Below, piece by piece: positions 7,282 to 16,902 of a stretch of 33,086 bases of DNA. This DNA is from a virus (lineage: Duplodnaviria > Caudoviricetes): positions 1 through 33,086 of the IMG/VR virus record IMGVR_UViG_3300021120_000002; one strand, given 5' to 3'. Each line of letters opens with the position of its first letter. Position 1 is the first letter of the stretch. Position numbers and translations under genes: made by a program. The notes under the pieces were generated by a model that ran no database searches, was not told where the DNA came from, and worked only from the letters and a program-made list of their open reading frames with translations.

Positions 7282-7705
7282 TATCTAATCCTATTTGAGT
7301 CCGAATCCAATCTTGGGTTGATTCGAGTTGTTGGGTGGTTGTGGCACATTGTTCGGCAAAATCCAATGTGTTGATGGTAGTGCCATTAATTGTGATGGTG
7401 GCGTTGGGAACGCTGGACATTGCACCGCTACCGGTGTCGTTGAGCATCCTGTGATAAAAATTGTGAATATTACTGACATTAGCGTTGTACGCATCTGTTA
7501 CTCCTCTATTTATTAATTCTTGTTCTTTAAGTTTTGCCTTGTTTTCGGCAATTTGTTGTTCTGCAACAATTTTGACTTTATCTTGGAAATCAACAAAGCG
7601 AATATGCTCAATATAGAAACCACTAGAAAAACTACCAAGTACAAGTACAAGATATATGTAAGTTTGTCCACTTAGACCGCCTAAAAGATTAAGTAAAAAG
7701 CTCAT
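7265..7705 (-). CDS. Rz: i-spanin (Rz-like)
   Basis: N-terminal TM helix, coiled coil, late Cys; next to the endolysin. Confidence 0.7.
   Translation of the reverse strand: MSFLLNLLGGLSGQTYIYLVLVLGSFSSGFYIEHIRFVDFQDKVKIVAEQQIAENKAKLKEQELINRGVTDAYNANVSNIHNFYHRMLNDTGSGAMSSVPNATITINGTTINTLDFAEQCATTTQQLESTQDWIRTQIGLDSAKQL
7291..7494 (-). CDS. Rz1: o-spanin lipoprotein (Rz1-like) embedded in Rz
   Basis: Signal peptide with lipobox ITGC, Pro-rich mature part, alternate frame wholly inside Rz. Confidence 0.75.
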   Translation of the reverse strand: MRTTLMSVIFTIFITGCSTTPVAVQCPAFPTPPSQLMALPSTHWILPNNVPQPPNNSNQPKIGFGLK

Positions 7706-7932
7706 TGTGGCTCTGCACCAGATACTTGTTTTGCTGCTACTGAAGCTGCGCCTGAACCTGATACGATTCCTAAAGCACCAGCTAATTCAGTAAGGCTAAT
7801 ATCTTTGCCTGTATAGATTAAATAGATTGCAGAACAGCCAACAAGCAAAAATCCAAGCATCCATGCCCATTTAGCAATGTCATGCGTATTGTTGTCTTTA
7901 CCTGTCAATATGTGTGTAAAAATTTCATTCAT
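7702..7932 (-). CDS. holin-like two-TM protein
   Basis: Two hydrophobic helices; within the lysis cassette. Confidence 0.55.
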   Translation of the reverse strand: MNEIFTHILTGKDNNTHDIAKWAWMLGFLLVGCSAIYLIYTGKDISLTELAGALGIVSGSGAASVAAKQVSGAEPQ

Positions 7933-8381
7933 AATTTATAACCCCATGTTAAATACCATGATATTAATGCTGCAACTGCAAAACAATAAAACTGTACTTT
8001 ACGCACTTCTTTTAGATCATGCTTGAACGCTTCATTATTTGCACGTTCCATATTTTCTATGTCTAGCTTGATCTTTAAAACTGCATCCCATTCTTTAGCT
8101 CCATATTTCTTAACAAAATCTATCTTTAACTTTGCTTCTTTGTCGCTAATTTGTTTCTTTTGTTGCCAATCTTCTAAAGCCTTAATTAAGGCCGTTTGCT
8201 TACGATGTTCTTCTTCTCTTGCTACTCTACGTCTTTCCGTTGCTTTTTGTTGCGCTACAGCAAGTCCGTCATGCTGTATTCCTTCTATGCTTTTAGTTAA
8301 ACCTTTACTAGCCTCTCTGCTTGCATCAATACTGCTGCTAAGAGTTTTTGCCCCTTGTGCAATACCGAATGGGTCTGACAT
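7929..8381 (-). CDS. hypothetical protein with C-terminal TM helix
   Basis: ORF track; coupled within the lysis region. Confidence 0.65.
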   Translation of the reverse strand: MSDPFGIAQGAKTLSSSIDASREASKGLTKSIEGIQHDGLAVAQQKATERRRVAREEEHRKQTALIKALEDWQQKKQISDKEAKLKIDFVKKYGAKEWDAVLKIKLDIENMERANNEAFKHDLKEVRKVQFYCFAVAALISWYLTWGYKL

Positions 8382-8384
8382 GGT

Positions 8385-8591
8385 TCATTTTGCGCTGAAA
8401 TAATGAGCTATAAAACCTATAAAAGAACTAATGCCTGATACCACCATCATGCCTACCCAAAAGCCACCACGACCTTTATTTGCCATAGCTAATAGTTCTT
8501 TAACATCTGCTCTTAGCTCTGAAACTTCATGCTCCATAGCTTCAACCTTTTGCCACATTACCCCTATTTTTACTGGATCAAGCTCTATCAT
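8385..8591 (-). CDS. XhlA-like/holin-like membrane protein
   Basis: Coiled coil, then ANKGRGGFW and a TM helix. Confidence 0.6.
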   Translation of the reverse strand: MIELDPVKIGVMWQKVEAMEHEVSELRADVKELLAMANKGRGGFWVGMMVVSGISSFIGFIAHYFSAK

Positions 8592-8593
8592 TA

Positions 8594-9325
8594 TTATGCT
8601 TTCTGGATGTATGCCAAAGCATAATAAGGTGGAAGATTCTGATTTGTACCGCTTGTACCAGCAGTAGCAATAGTTGTTCCTACTGTAATTCCAGTAGTTG
8701 AAGTACCAGTAGTTGTAGAACCAGCTAATGCTCTTGTTGGCTGATCTTGACCACCTAATCCACCAGTAGTTGTAGCTAATGTATGGTTATGTCCTGGGTC
8801 AGTTACAGTTGAAGTAGCAGTATGAGTATGGCTTACTACAATAGCATCTGCTGTACCGCCTGTTGCGCCTACTGCATATGTATTGCCTGCGCCTACAATA
8901 AATGAGTTGCGTAAATCAGGTGTTCCGTTTGTACCATCGCACAAATACCATCCACTAGGAACTGAGCCTGTAGAACCTGACCATAAAATAATACCGCCAC
9001 TAGGAACTGCTGGTGCGCTTGTGGGAGCGTTTTGAAGAATAGGGTATAGATTATCTAAAGTTTGTATAGAAGTCGCTGTAGCAGACTGTATAACGAATTT
9101 ATAGCTATATCCTGTAAACATCCATATCTCGTATGGAACACGACCAGCAGAGTCCAAAACAATAGGATTAGCGTTAGCAACTGTTCCGCCATTGTCTGTA
9201 TAAGTAGCTAATGGGGTGCTTGTACCAGCTTGATAAGTATAAATTAACCCACCAGCTAAAGGTACACCATTATTATCAAAGTATTGTTGACCTACGCCAA
9301 CTGGGGATAGTAGAACTGATGCCAT
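8594..9325 (-). CDS. tail fibre/collar-domain protein
   Basis: N-terminal GVPLAGGLIYTY...ANPIVLDSAGR attachment domain; PSGWYLCDGTNGTPDLR collar motif; NLPPYYALAYI tip. Confidence 0.8.
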   Translation of the reverse strand: MASVLLSPVGVGQQYFDNNGVPLAGGLIYTYQAGTSTPLATYTDNGGTVANANPIVLDSAGRVPYEIWMFTGYSYKFVIQSATATSIQTLDNLYPILQNAPTSAPAVPSGGIILWSGSTGSVPSGWYLCDGTNGTPDLRNSFIVGAGNTYAVGATGGTADAIVVSHTHTATSTVTDPGHNHTLATTTGGLGGQDQPTRALAGSTTTGTSTTGITVGTTIATAGTSGTNQNLPPYYALAYIQKA

Positions 9326-11376
9326 TATTGAGTACCTTTTTCTTTTTGTACTTGTTGCAAATAAGATTCAAACGATGCAAGTGGAATTTTACCTATGCCA
9401 TATTTGCTTGGTGCTTGTAATAAATCTTTTAATGCTGTGCTTCCAATGCCTTTTTCAAGATAAGAAGCAAAAGCTGGGCTATAAAGTGCTTTTTGCAACG
9501 CTTTAGGTGCTATATATGCACTTGTACCAATTCCCAATGCTTTTCCTATATCGCCTTCTTTTGCATAATCATAAGCAGCTAAAGCGGTAGGAATTGCTGC
9601 TTGTCCTGCCAATCTAGCGGTAGTTCCACTATTTGCCATTTTTTCAGGAAGAATATTTTTTCCAGCTTGAGCTAATTTAGCAAGTTCAGGATCATTTTGA
9701 TAAAAAGCACCACGTTTTCCTTTTGTGGTTAAAGAGTTATATAACAAAGATGGGCTTACATGACCTTCAGGGTCTTTAAGAGCAATATCCTCAATCTTTT
9801 TCATATTGCCATATTGTTTATTTGTGGCTTTAAGTAAATCAATGTCCCCTTTTTTGCCAAATTTATCTACAGTATCAGATAAACCATCTAATAATTTATT
9901 TTTAATTTCGCCAGCATAATGAGCAGATAAACCACCTTGCTTTTCTAAAGCATCTAATTGACGTTTAAATGCTTGATATTGTTTTCCATCTAAATGTCCC
10001 ATATTGGATTTAGATTTATCAATAATGTCATTTACAATATTTCCAACAGCTTTTTCATTTGAAGGCAAAATTCTTTCTGCTTCATTTTTTAAACCATTTA
10101 AATCATTTTGAAAGTTTCTTGTAACACGAACACCATTGCGTTCAAAAAGTTGATCGTAAGTATCACCTAAACGAGATTTAGCATTTTGTATTACTTCAGG
10201 GGTAATTTGTTCTACATCTTCCCCCATTGTTTTTGCTACTGCTTTTGTATAAGCATTATTTTGAACATGAGAAAATGCTTGATTTTCACCACCAGTAAAA
10301 GGATTATCAGATGTAAGTCTTTTTGCCCATTGTAATGCTTTAGAGCCTGTAGCTTGTGCCGCATCTAATGGAACGCCTGCATTCTTAAGAACTTGAACTG
10401 ATTTTTCACCAATATCGCTTAAACCTTTACCAATAGGTTGAGCAGCTTTACCGATTGCGCCAACAATTCCTTGACCAGCACCACCTAAAACAGCTCCTGA
10501 AGCAATATTAAATGCTTTGCTTTCTTCTGGTAATGTAGGTTGAACTGCGCCCATAGTAGCACCAGTTAAGGCTGCTTTACCAATAGTACCACCTGGTAAT
10601 GCAATAGCTTGACCAACTTCTCCAGCAACATTACCTAACATCCCTGGCGTTGTTTCTAATAAAGGTTTATTAGCTTCTCTTTGTGCAAGAATTTCAGCTT
10701 CACGATTAGCGGCAACTTCTTTAGCAGAAGGTAACCCTAGTTTTTCTGCTGCTTTTGAAACTTTTGGAAATGCTTTTTCTAATTGTTGAGCTAATGGGTC
10801 TAATGCTTGACCTATTCCGGTTATAGTAGTTTCACCAGAAGCCTTTAAACCTTTAAGAAATAACTCAGATTTACTTAATCCTTTAAGATTTTCAGGTAAA
10901 TCTTTAGTAACTTCTTCCGCTTTAATAGGTTCAGAAATTTGCACTTCAGAAGGGTTTATAGGTTCATAACCAGAAACTTTAACTGACCCTAAAGGCTCAA
11001 CTTGAGATGAATCAATAGCCATCTTTGATCCAACATTTTTAAGGTAATTTTGTGTTTCAGTTGCCGGTGGTTCATTTCCAGCTAAAACAGCTTTAGCAGC
11101 TTTTGTGCCACCATTGTAATGAGCAACAGCAGCTTTCCAACTGCCATATTGATTTTTTAAATCTGATAAATATTGCGCTGCACCTTTGGCAGAGCTAATT
11201 GGATCAGAAGTATCAACTCCATAAGCATCAGCCGTTGCTGGCATAAACTGAAATCGACCTTTAGCACCTTTGGGGCTTATTGCGGTATCACCACTTTTTT
11301 CAGCACCGACAATAGCGGATAATGCACCTTCTGGCAAATCATATCTCTGCTCAAGAGAAGCATATAAATTATCCAT
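9325..11376 (-). CDS. ejection (internal virion) protein with N-terminal SLT lytic transglycosylase
   Basis: EKS, SPKGAKGRFQFMPATA, AVAHYNGG, ETQNY motifs. Confidence 0.85.
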   Translation of the reverse strand: MDNLYASLEQRYDLPEGALSAIVGAEKSGDTAISPKGAKGRFQFMPATADAYGVDTSDPISSAKGAAQYLSDLKNQYGSWKAAVAHYNGGTKAAKAVLAGNEPPATETQNYLKNVGSKMAIDSSQVEPLGSVKVSGYEPINPSEVQISEPIKAEEVTKDLPENLKGLSKSELFLKGLKASGETTITGIGQALDPLAQQLEKAFPKVSKAAEKLGLPSAKEVAANREAEILAQREANKPLLETTPGMLGNVAGEVGQAIALPGGTIGKAALTGATMGAVQPTLPEESKAFNIASGAVLGGAGQGIVGAIGKAAQPIGKGLSDIGEKSVQVLKNAGVPLDAAQATGSKALQWAKRLTSDNPFTGGENQAFSHVQNNAYTKAVAKTMGEDVEQITPEVIQNAKSRLGDTYDQLFERNGVRVTRNFQNDLNGLKNEAERILPSNEKAVGNIVNDIIDKSKSNMGHLDGKQYQAFKRQLDALEKQGGLSAHYAGEIKNKLLDGLSDTVDKFGKKGDIDLLKATNKQYGNMKKIEDIALKDPEGHVSPSLLYNSLTTKGKRGAFYQNDPELAKLAQAGKNILPEKMANSGTTARLAGQAAIPTALAAYDYAKEGDIGKALGIGTSAYIAPKALQKALYSPAFASYLEKGIGSTALKDLLQAPSKYGIGKIPLASFESYLQQVQKEKGTQ

Positions 11377-12605
11377 TATTTATATTCCCAAGTTTTACCA
11401 CCATCATGGCTTACTACATCATGGCCTTTATATTTTCCATAAGTTGGATTGCCACGTTCTTTTCCTGTAACAGTATTTTGTTTTTGAGCAAACTTTTCTA
11501 AAATATGTTGTTGTGATTCTGCAACATGAGTATCAGGATTTAAAATTCCTTTTTTAGCTTTTTCAAGCAAAAATTGTTGTTCTTCAATAGGAATAGCATT
11601 TTGTTTATGACCAAATTCAAAGAAACGTTGCAATGCTCTTGGGTCGCTACTAATATCAGGATTATTTTTAAGATAATCGTTCATCATATTAGCCGTTGGA
11701 TTACCTTGCATTTGACCAATGTTAGCGGTTACAGTTTGAGCAATAAATTTGTTTAAAGATTGTGCCGCAGATAAATCACCTTTGGCAACTGAATCAACTA
11801 AAGATTGTGGTGCGCCTACAGCTTGTAATTTTTGAGCAATATCTACATAAGTTCTTGAGCCAGCACCAGGCTTAAACTCTTTCATTAAGTTTTCAGCTTC
11901 ATTTAGTCGCATTTCAACTTGTGTAGCACCAGCAACACGATTAGTTAAATCTTGCTGATATTGATTAAAGTTTGCAACTCCTGGTGTTGTTGGGTTTGAT
12001 TCTCCAAGCGTTTTTCTTGTTTCTTGTATTGGATTTGTAATGACAGTTTGACCTAAAGCGTTTGTTGATGGCTGTTGTAATGCTGTTTGTGCTTGTGTAT
12101 CTAAGCCAGCAAGCATACGAGTTTTAAGAAATTGTCTTAATCCTTGACCATTTGTTTGATTTACTGCTTCAAGATAAGGGGCATTAAGTTCTGCTGCTTT
12201 TGTTGGGTCTAATCCCATTTCTGTAGCAGCTTTAGCTTGTCTTTCAACTAATTTAGCAATCTTGTCTTTATTTGCTGCTGCAAATTGTGGGTCTTGTTCT
12301 GCTTGCACAATTAAAGGATCATTAATTAATGAAATTTGATTTTGTCGCATTTTGTCAGCAAAATCTGTAGATAACCCTAATTTAGCTTTAGCTGCACTTG
12401 TTTCTGCTGTTTCTGCTGCTGCTTTACCAGCACGAATTTGCGGTTCTAATAAAGCCTTTTCTTTTTGCAAAGCATTAGAACTACGACTGAGATCAACTAT
12501 GTCGCTTAAACTCATTCCTTTAGGAGCTTCTTTATTGCCATAAATGCTAGGATCAATAGTTTGACCCATTGATGGTACTGAAACTCCGCTTGTGCCGATT
12601 GCCAT
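11376..12605 (-). CDS. ejection/DNA transfer protein
   Basis: Ala/Gln-rich helical protein in the P22 gp20 position. Confidence 0.6.
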   Translation of the reverse strand: MAIGTSGVSVPSMGQTIDPSIYGNKEAPKGMSLSDIVDLSRSSNALQKEKALLEPQIRAGKAAAETAETSAAKAKLGLSTDFADKMRQNQISLINDPLIVQAEQDPQFAAANKDKIAKLVERQAKAATEMGLDPTKAAELNAPYLEAVNQTNGQGLRQFLKTRMLAGLDTQAQTALQQPSTNALGQTVITNPIQETRKTLGESNPTTPGVANFNQYQQDLTNRVAGATQVEMRLNEAENLMKEFKPGAGSRTYVDIAQKLQAVGAPQSLVDSVAKGDLSAAQSLNKFIAQTVTANIGQMQGNPTANMMNDYLKNNPDISSDPRALQRFFEFGHKQNAIPIEEQQFLLEKAKKGILNPDTHVAESQQHILEKFAQKQNTVTGKERGNPTYGKYKGHDVVSHDGGKTWEYK

Positions 12606-12615
12606 ATTTTTTTCC

Positions 12616-13419
12616 TTAATCCGCTATAAATCCAGAAGTTGATGGCCCACCACCAATAGGAGTTGCAGTCATTGATAAACCAGATGGCATTGTAAAGTCT
12701 CCAGCACCAGTAAAAGCACCACCGCCACCAGAACCACCAGCAGCTATTGAGCTAGTATTCATAGGTTGATTCATGCTATTTAATGCGCTGTAACCAAGCA
12801 TATTGCCTGCTGTATTAGCTACACCACCATAAATATTGCCTTGTGCAATTTGACTAGCAGCTTGAGCGTTTGCTGCGCCAATGCCTAAGTTAGCTACGTT
12901 TGTGGCTGTGCCAATTTGAGCGTTTGCAGAACCTGTAGCACCAGCAAGGCCTAATTGAGCTTGATTCAAATTCATAGTATTAATATTGCTTCTTTGGGCT
13001 TGATAATTATTAAACGCATTTTGATACGCTGTACCAGCATAATTTTGCGTATAGTCTTGTAAAGCCTTTTGAGCATTACCGCCTGCTATGCCACCTGTAG
13101 CATTATTTGCTTGTTCATTACCTAATTGCCCTTGTTGTAGTTGAAAAGCATAATTAGGGGCTAATTGAGAATTTAAATCTTGATTACTAAATTGATTATT
13201 AAAATATGCGTTATTAGAAGCAAGATTAGATAGCGCAGTAGTTCCTGCTGCTGAATAAGGGGTAAATTGTTGTGATGCTTGTTGCCCAGCAGCAAGAAGA
13301 TTGGCTTGTTGCGCCATAGCAGCATTAGCTTGCGTATTGGCAGCATTTTGCGCCCCTTGCCCAGCCATATATCCACCAACTAATGTTCCACCTACTACTG
13401 CTACGGCTACCCAACTCAT
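12616..13419 (-). CDS. ejection/pilot protein (P22 gp7-like)
   Basis: Gly/Ala/Gln-rich; PNYAFQLQQG...GNAQKALQDY; gene order. Confidence 0.7.
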   Translation of the reverse strand: MSWVAVAVVGGTLVGGYMAGQGAQNAANTQANAAMAQQANLLAAGQQASQQFTPYSAAGTTALSNLASNNAYFNNQFSNQDLNSQLAPNYAFQLQQGQLGNEQANNATGGIAGGNAQKALQDYTQNYAGTAYQNAFNNYQAQRSNINTMNLNQAQLGLAGATGSANAQIGTATNVANLGIGAANAQAASQIAQGNIYGGVANTAGNMLGYSALNSMNQPMNTSSIAAGGSGGGGAFTGAGDFTMPSGLSMTATPIGGGPSTSGFIAD

Positions 13420-13886
13420 AATTTACCTTCCAAAGCCATTTTTTGGCTTTCAATAACAATTTTTTTCAATTTATTACTTGAATCAAATAAAGCAAGTTCA
13501 TCAGGTTCAATCAATTCTGCCTCTATTTCATCTAAATCAGTTTTATCTGTTTTATGTACAGTAATTCCTATAGCATCAGACAAAGCAAAAGTCACTCGTT
13601 TTGTTCCAGGTTTAGACTCGATTATATCGCCTGGAAGCAGTTTTTTCATCCCATTTTCAGTCCAAGCTATTATTTCTCCCATAGCGCACATAAAAAAATG
13701 ATCTTTTAGGTGAACTTTACCAACAATTAACGTACCGGCTGGTCTAGTTAGCTTTCTACAATACATACCTTCAGAGAAGTAATGTTCTGTTTTAAGTTCA
13801 ACTTGTGGCATACAAGTCATTTCTGCTTGTAATTTTAATATTTGTTCTTGGGTAGGAATACCCATTTTTTCAATAATGTCAGACAT
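13416..13886 (-). CDS. conserved phage protein, cupin-like
   Basis: HYFSEGMYCR...GTLIVGKVH...SKPGTKRV. Confidence 0.65.
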   Translation of the reverse strand: MSDIIEKMGIPTQEQILKLQAEMTCMPQVELKTEHYFSEGMYCRKLTRPAGTLIVGKVHLKDHFFMCAMGEIIAWTENGMKKLLPGDIIESKPGTKRVTFALSDAIGITVHKTDKTDLDEIEAELIEPDELALFDSSNKLKKIVIESQKMALEGKL

Positions 13887-14115
13887 TGTAATAAGGCACT
13901 TTATAAGGTTTACCAGCTACTGTAATGTTAATAAAGCCTACAGGATTGCTAGGAAGCGTTCCTGTCCCTTTTGTTGCGTTTGTTGCGCTTGTAAAGTTCA
14001 ATATATTCAAAAAATACTGTTGCCATGCCCTTGTAGGCATTTTTGTTTGTTCGTCTAAAACAGGTGTATTCGGGTAACTATTTGATTGACTGTTACCCCA
14101 TAAGACATTAGCCAT
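13879..14115 (-). CDS. small tail-associated protein
   Basis: Follows the tail hub gene; TRAWQQYF and KVPYY motifs. Confidence 0.65.
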   Translation of the reverse strand: MANVLWGNSQSNSYPNTPVLDEQTKMPTRAWQQYFLNILNFTSATNATKGTGTLPSNPVGFINITVAGKPYKVPYYNV

Positions 14116-16238
14116 TAATTTTCCCCTGCGCTTGCTTTAAGGTTAGCAGACACGATTACAGCGTTTATAGGGTCTGTAACCACTACTTCATAGATTCTAT
14201 CTCTTGCCCAGCCTAATCTGCGCCAAATAATACGATTTTTGTATCTTCCGACTTTACCAATTCCTGACCAATGCTCGTTACTCCATGTTGAGCCACCATC
14301 TGATGACCAACGTAACATAGCTTGAGGGTTTGCACCAATAGTTTCAGCATTTAAAGGTGGATCGGTAATACCTTCTAAACCTACGCCTGGCTGAAATTGT
14401 ATTTGTAATTCGTCAAAATATTGACGTTGTAAGTCTGTAGTTAAATGTGGGCATCTACGCAATCTGCGTATTGAATCGCTATTATCTGTGTAATTGTTAG
14501 GGTCTAATTGATAGATTTGACCATTTTGCCAATCACCTACTAAAACTACGTTTTGAAAGAAAGCAGAGCAATTTGAGCGATGACGATGATAATTATTTTG
14601 ACTATCTGTCCATAGCCATTTATGCCATAACTGAGTCGTAATGTCATACACCCAAGTAATATCAAGACTAGGGAACGTCACTACATAGCACTCATGGCCC
14701 TCTAATTGATAAGTATAAGCAATAGCATCAGAAATGCTTTGATTAACAAGAGTGTTTTCTACAGCATGAGTTGATATTCTTTGAGGAAAATATCCATTCA
14801 TAATGACTATTTCAGCTTGCCCACGATTGTTTTTAGCTACATAAGCAAAAGAATTGCCTAAACGAGCAATTGAATTGGCTGCGGCTAAACCATGTTGACT
14901 TGATGAGCCAGGAATTCTTTGAAAAGCAAATGGGAATGTACCTTGATCTGCCCATACTTCTGAAGTTTGTTCACCTAATAAATAGACTTGTCCATGATCG
15001 CAGACTAAAGAAACAAGGTTATCAGGCCCTGTAAATTTGCTTGCATAGCTTAATCCATAAGTAATAGGGCTTAAAAGATTAGAAGCTGCCCATTGTTGGG
15101 TGCTTGGTCTGTTATAAACAAAGTAATTATCTACTATATCTACAATTGAAGCACCTTGAAATGCGCCATCAGAGCTAGGTAATACGCTAAAGTTAAGCAA
15201 ATACATTGTTTCAGACGAAACAGTTTGTGATCCACTTACTACATAATTACCTGTTGAACCTGATCCTGTACCAAAAGTGAGATTAAGGGTTAACCCTGTT
15301 CCTGCACCATTTGAAGATGTAGAAGCTGGGTTTGTAGGAATAGAAGTATATTGACCGGCAAATGTTTGAGTCAATCCAGTAACAACGCCTGCTGAAATAG
15401 ACGATACAGTATAAGTAGCTGGGCTTGAGCCATAAACACCACCTAAGACAGTTATAGTGTCATTTATAGCGTATCCTGTGCCGCCTGTAGCAATAGACTG
15501 ACTTAATACAGTTCCAGAACCTAAAGCTGTAACTACAGTATTAGAAGCTACACTTGTTCCTTGAATTGTTTGACCTGGGTAAATTGTTCCACTTGTAACG
15601 GCTGTTACAGTAAGGGTTGACCCTGATATAGAAGCTGTTATAACACCAGCTACAGCAGCAGAGTTCATTTGAATAGCAGTTGCAATACTAGCTGTGTTAT
15701 TGATTGTCCAAGTTGTTCCACTACCGCTAACAATAACTGTTTCGTTAGGAACGCCAATACCAAACAATGATTGATTTACAGCAATTGTGCCGCTAATTAC
15801 TCTTGTTATTGTAAGAGTCGTTCCTGAGATTGTGCCTTGAAATACTGCTGCGCTAGGTGCTGAAATACGCCATGTATAGCGATATGATCCATCAACTATA
15901 TATACGTTTGTTCCGTTATCACTAATGCCTACTTGACCTGTTGAGCTATTTAATTGCCCAATAATTGTAGGGGTAAAAGTAGAATTTAAAACGTAAACGT
16001 ATGGGCCACATACTGCAACGCAATATTGACCACCGCTTACTGTTCTCATACCACGAACTACTTGGGCATTTTGCAAAGTAACTACGTTAGTAAGACCAGG
16101 CGTGGGATAAAGTGCGACAACACCTCTTGCGCCTTGACCTTTAGTTGGGTCAATTTCAGGCCGCCAATTGATGCACTCTTGGTCATCTTGATAAATAGAC
16201 GGAGCTGTGTACGATGCGCCAACAAAGCCAAAATCCAT
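14115..16238 (-). CDS. tail hub/DNA stabilisation protein (P22 gp10-like) with inserted beta-rich domains
   Basis: LYPTPGL, TWVYDITTQLWH, VGDWQNG, MLRWSSDGGSTWSNE, WRRLG motifs. Confidence 0.85.
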   Translation of the reverse strand: MDFGFVGASYTAPSIYQDDQECINWRPEIDPTKGQGARGVVALYPTPGLTNVVTLQNAQVVRGMRTVSGGQYCVAVCGPYVYVLNSTFTPTIIGQLNSSTGQVGISDNGTNVYIVDGSYRYTWRISAPSAAVFQGTISGTTLTITRVISGTIAVNQSLFGIGVPNETVIVSGSGTTWTINNTASIATAIQMNSAAVAGVITASISGSTLTVTAVTSGTIYPGQTIQGTSVASNTVVTALGSGTVLSQSIATGGTGYAINDTITVLGGVYGSSPATYTVSSISAGVVTGLTQTFAGQYTSIPTNPASTSSNGAGTGLTLNLTFGTGSGSTGNYVVSGSQTVSSETMYLLNFSVLPSSDGAFQGASIVDIVDNYFVYNRPSTQQWAASNLLSPITYGLSYASKFTGPDNLVSLVCDHGQVYLLGEQTSEVWADQGTFPFAFQRIPGSSSQHGLAAANSIARLGNSFAYVAKNNRGQAEIVIMNGYFPQRISTHAVENTLVNQSISDAIAYTYQLEGHECYVVTFPSLDITWVYDITTQLWHKWLWTDSQNNYHRHRSNCSAFFQNVVLVGDWQNGQIYQLDPNNYTDNSDSIRRLRRCPHLTTDLQRQYFDELQIQFQPGVGLEGITDPPLNAETIGANPQAMLRWSSDGGSTWSNEHWSGIGKVGRYKNRIIWRRLGWARDRIYEVVVTDPINAVIVSANLKASAGEN

Positions 16239-16240
16239 AA

Positions 16241-16849
16241 TTATTCGCTTTCCTTGTATGAATCACCACGTAACAAGGTTTTCATACTAGCACGACTTAA
16301 TTCAAATTTTTCCATTAATTGTAAAACAGTCATACCATTTTTCCTAAGTAATCTAGCTTCTCTAGCTTGATCCATTGTAAGTTTGCAACGTGGGCCAGAA
16401 TCTTGTGGAAATCTTTTTTGTCTGCCTTTGGCAACTTTATCAGCCATATTATCAGCATGAGTGCCAACCCATAAATGTTTTGGATTACAGCAAGAAGGAT
16501 TGTCGCAAGTGTGTAAAAGAAATCCTGAATTATCTGTAAATTTGGGCGCACTAAGGTTAATCGTGTTTGGATAAGCAAGCGAATAAATGACTCTATGAGC
16601 ATAGTAGCCTTTGTCATTAATCCAAGTCCTTCCATAACCATCATGATTTATAAAACCTTTCCAATTCCAACATTCATCTTTGCTACGTTTATCAACTTTG
16701 CTCCAAAGCACTTTAGGAGTGTTTGCTGGTTTTCCTGGCGCACCTATTTCTCTGTTTACTTTTCTTGCGTATGCTTCGTTATCTTTTAATCTTTTTATTG
16801 CTCTGTTTACTTTTAATTTTTCTGCTTTTAATTCTGCTAGTGTTTTCAT
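16241..16849 (-). CDS. free-standing HNH homing endonuclease
   Basis: ECWNWKG, YYAHRVIY, LHTCDNPSCCNPKHLWVGTHADNMAD, C-terminal HTH-like segment. Confidence 0.9.
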   Translation of the reverse strand: MKTLAELKAEKLKVNRAIKRLKDNEAYARKVNREIGAPGKPANTPKVLWSKVDKRSKDECWNWKGFINHDGYGRTWINDKGYYAHRVIYSLAYPNTINLSAPKFTDNSGFLLHTCDNPSCCNPKHLWVGTHADNMADKVAKGRQKRFPQDSGPRCKLTMDQAREARLLRKNGMTVLQLMEKFELSRASMKTLLRGDSYKESE

Positions 16850-16852
16850 GAT

Positions 16853-16884
16853 AAGAATCCTTTGTTAGAATCTTTATTATATCA
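16853..16884 (-). promoter_or_regulatory. extended -10 promoter and RBS-sequestering hairpin of the HNH gene
   Basis: TG-A-TATAAT at 16884-16876; AAGATTCT can pair with AGGATTCTT, covering the SD. Confidence 0.5.
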
Positions 16885-16902
16885 CACTATCGAACAAATA
16901 CT

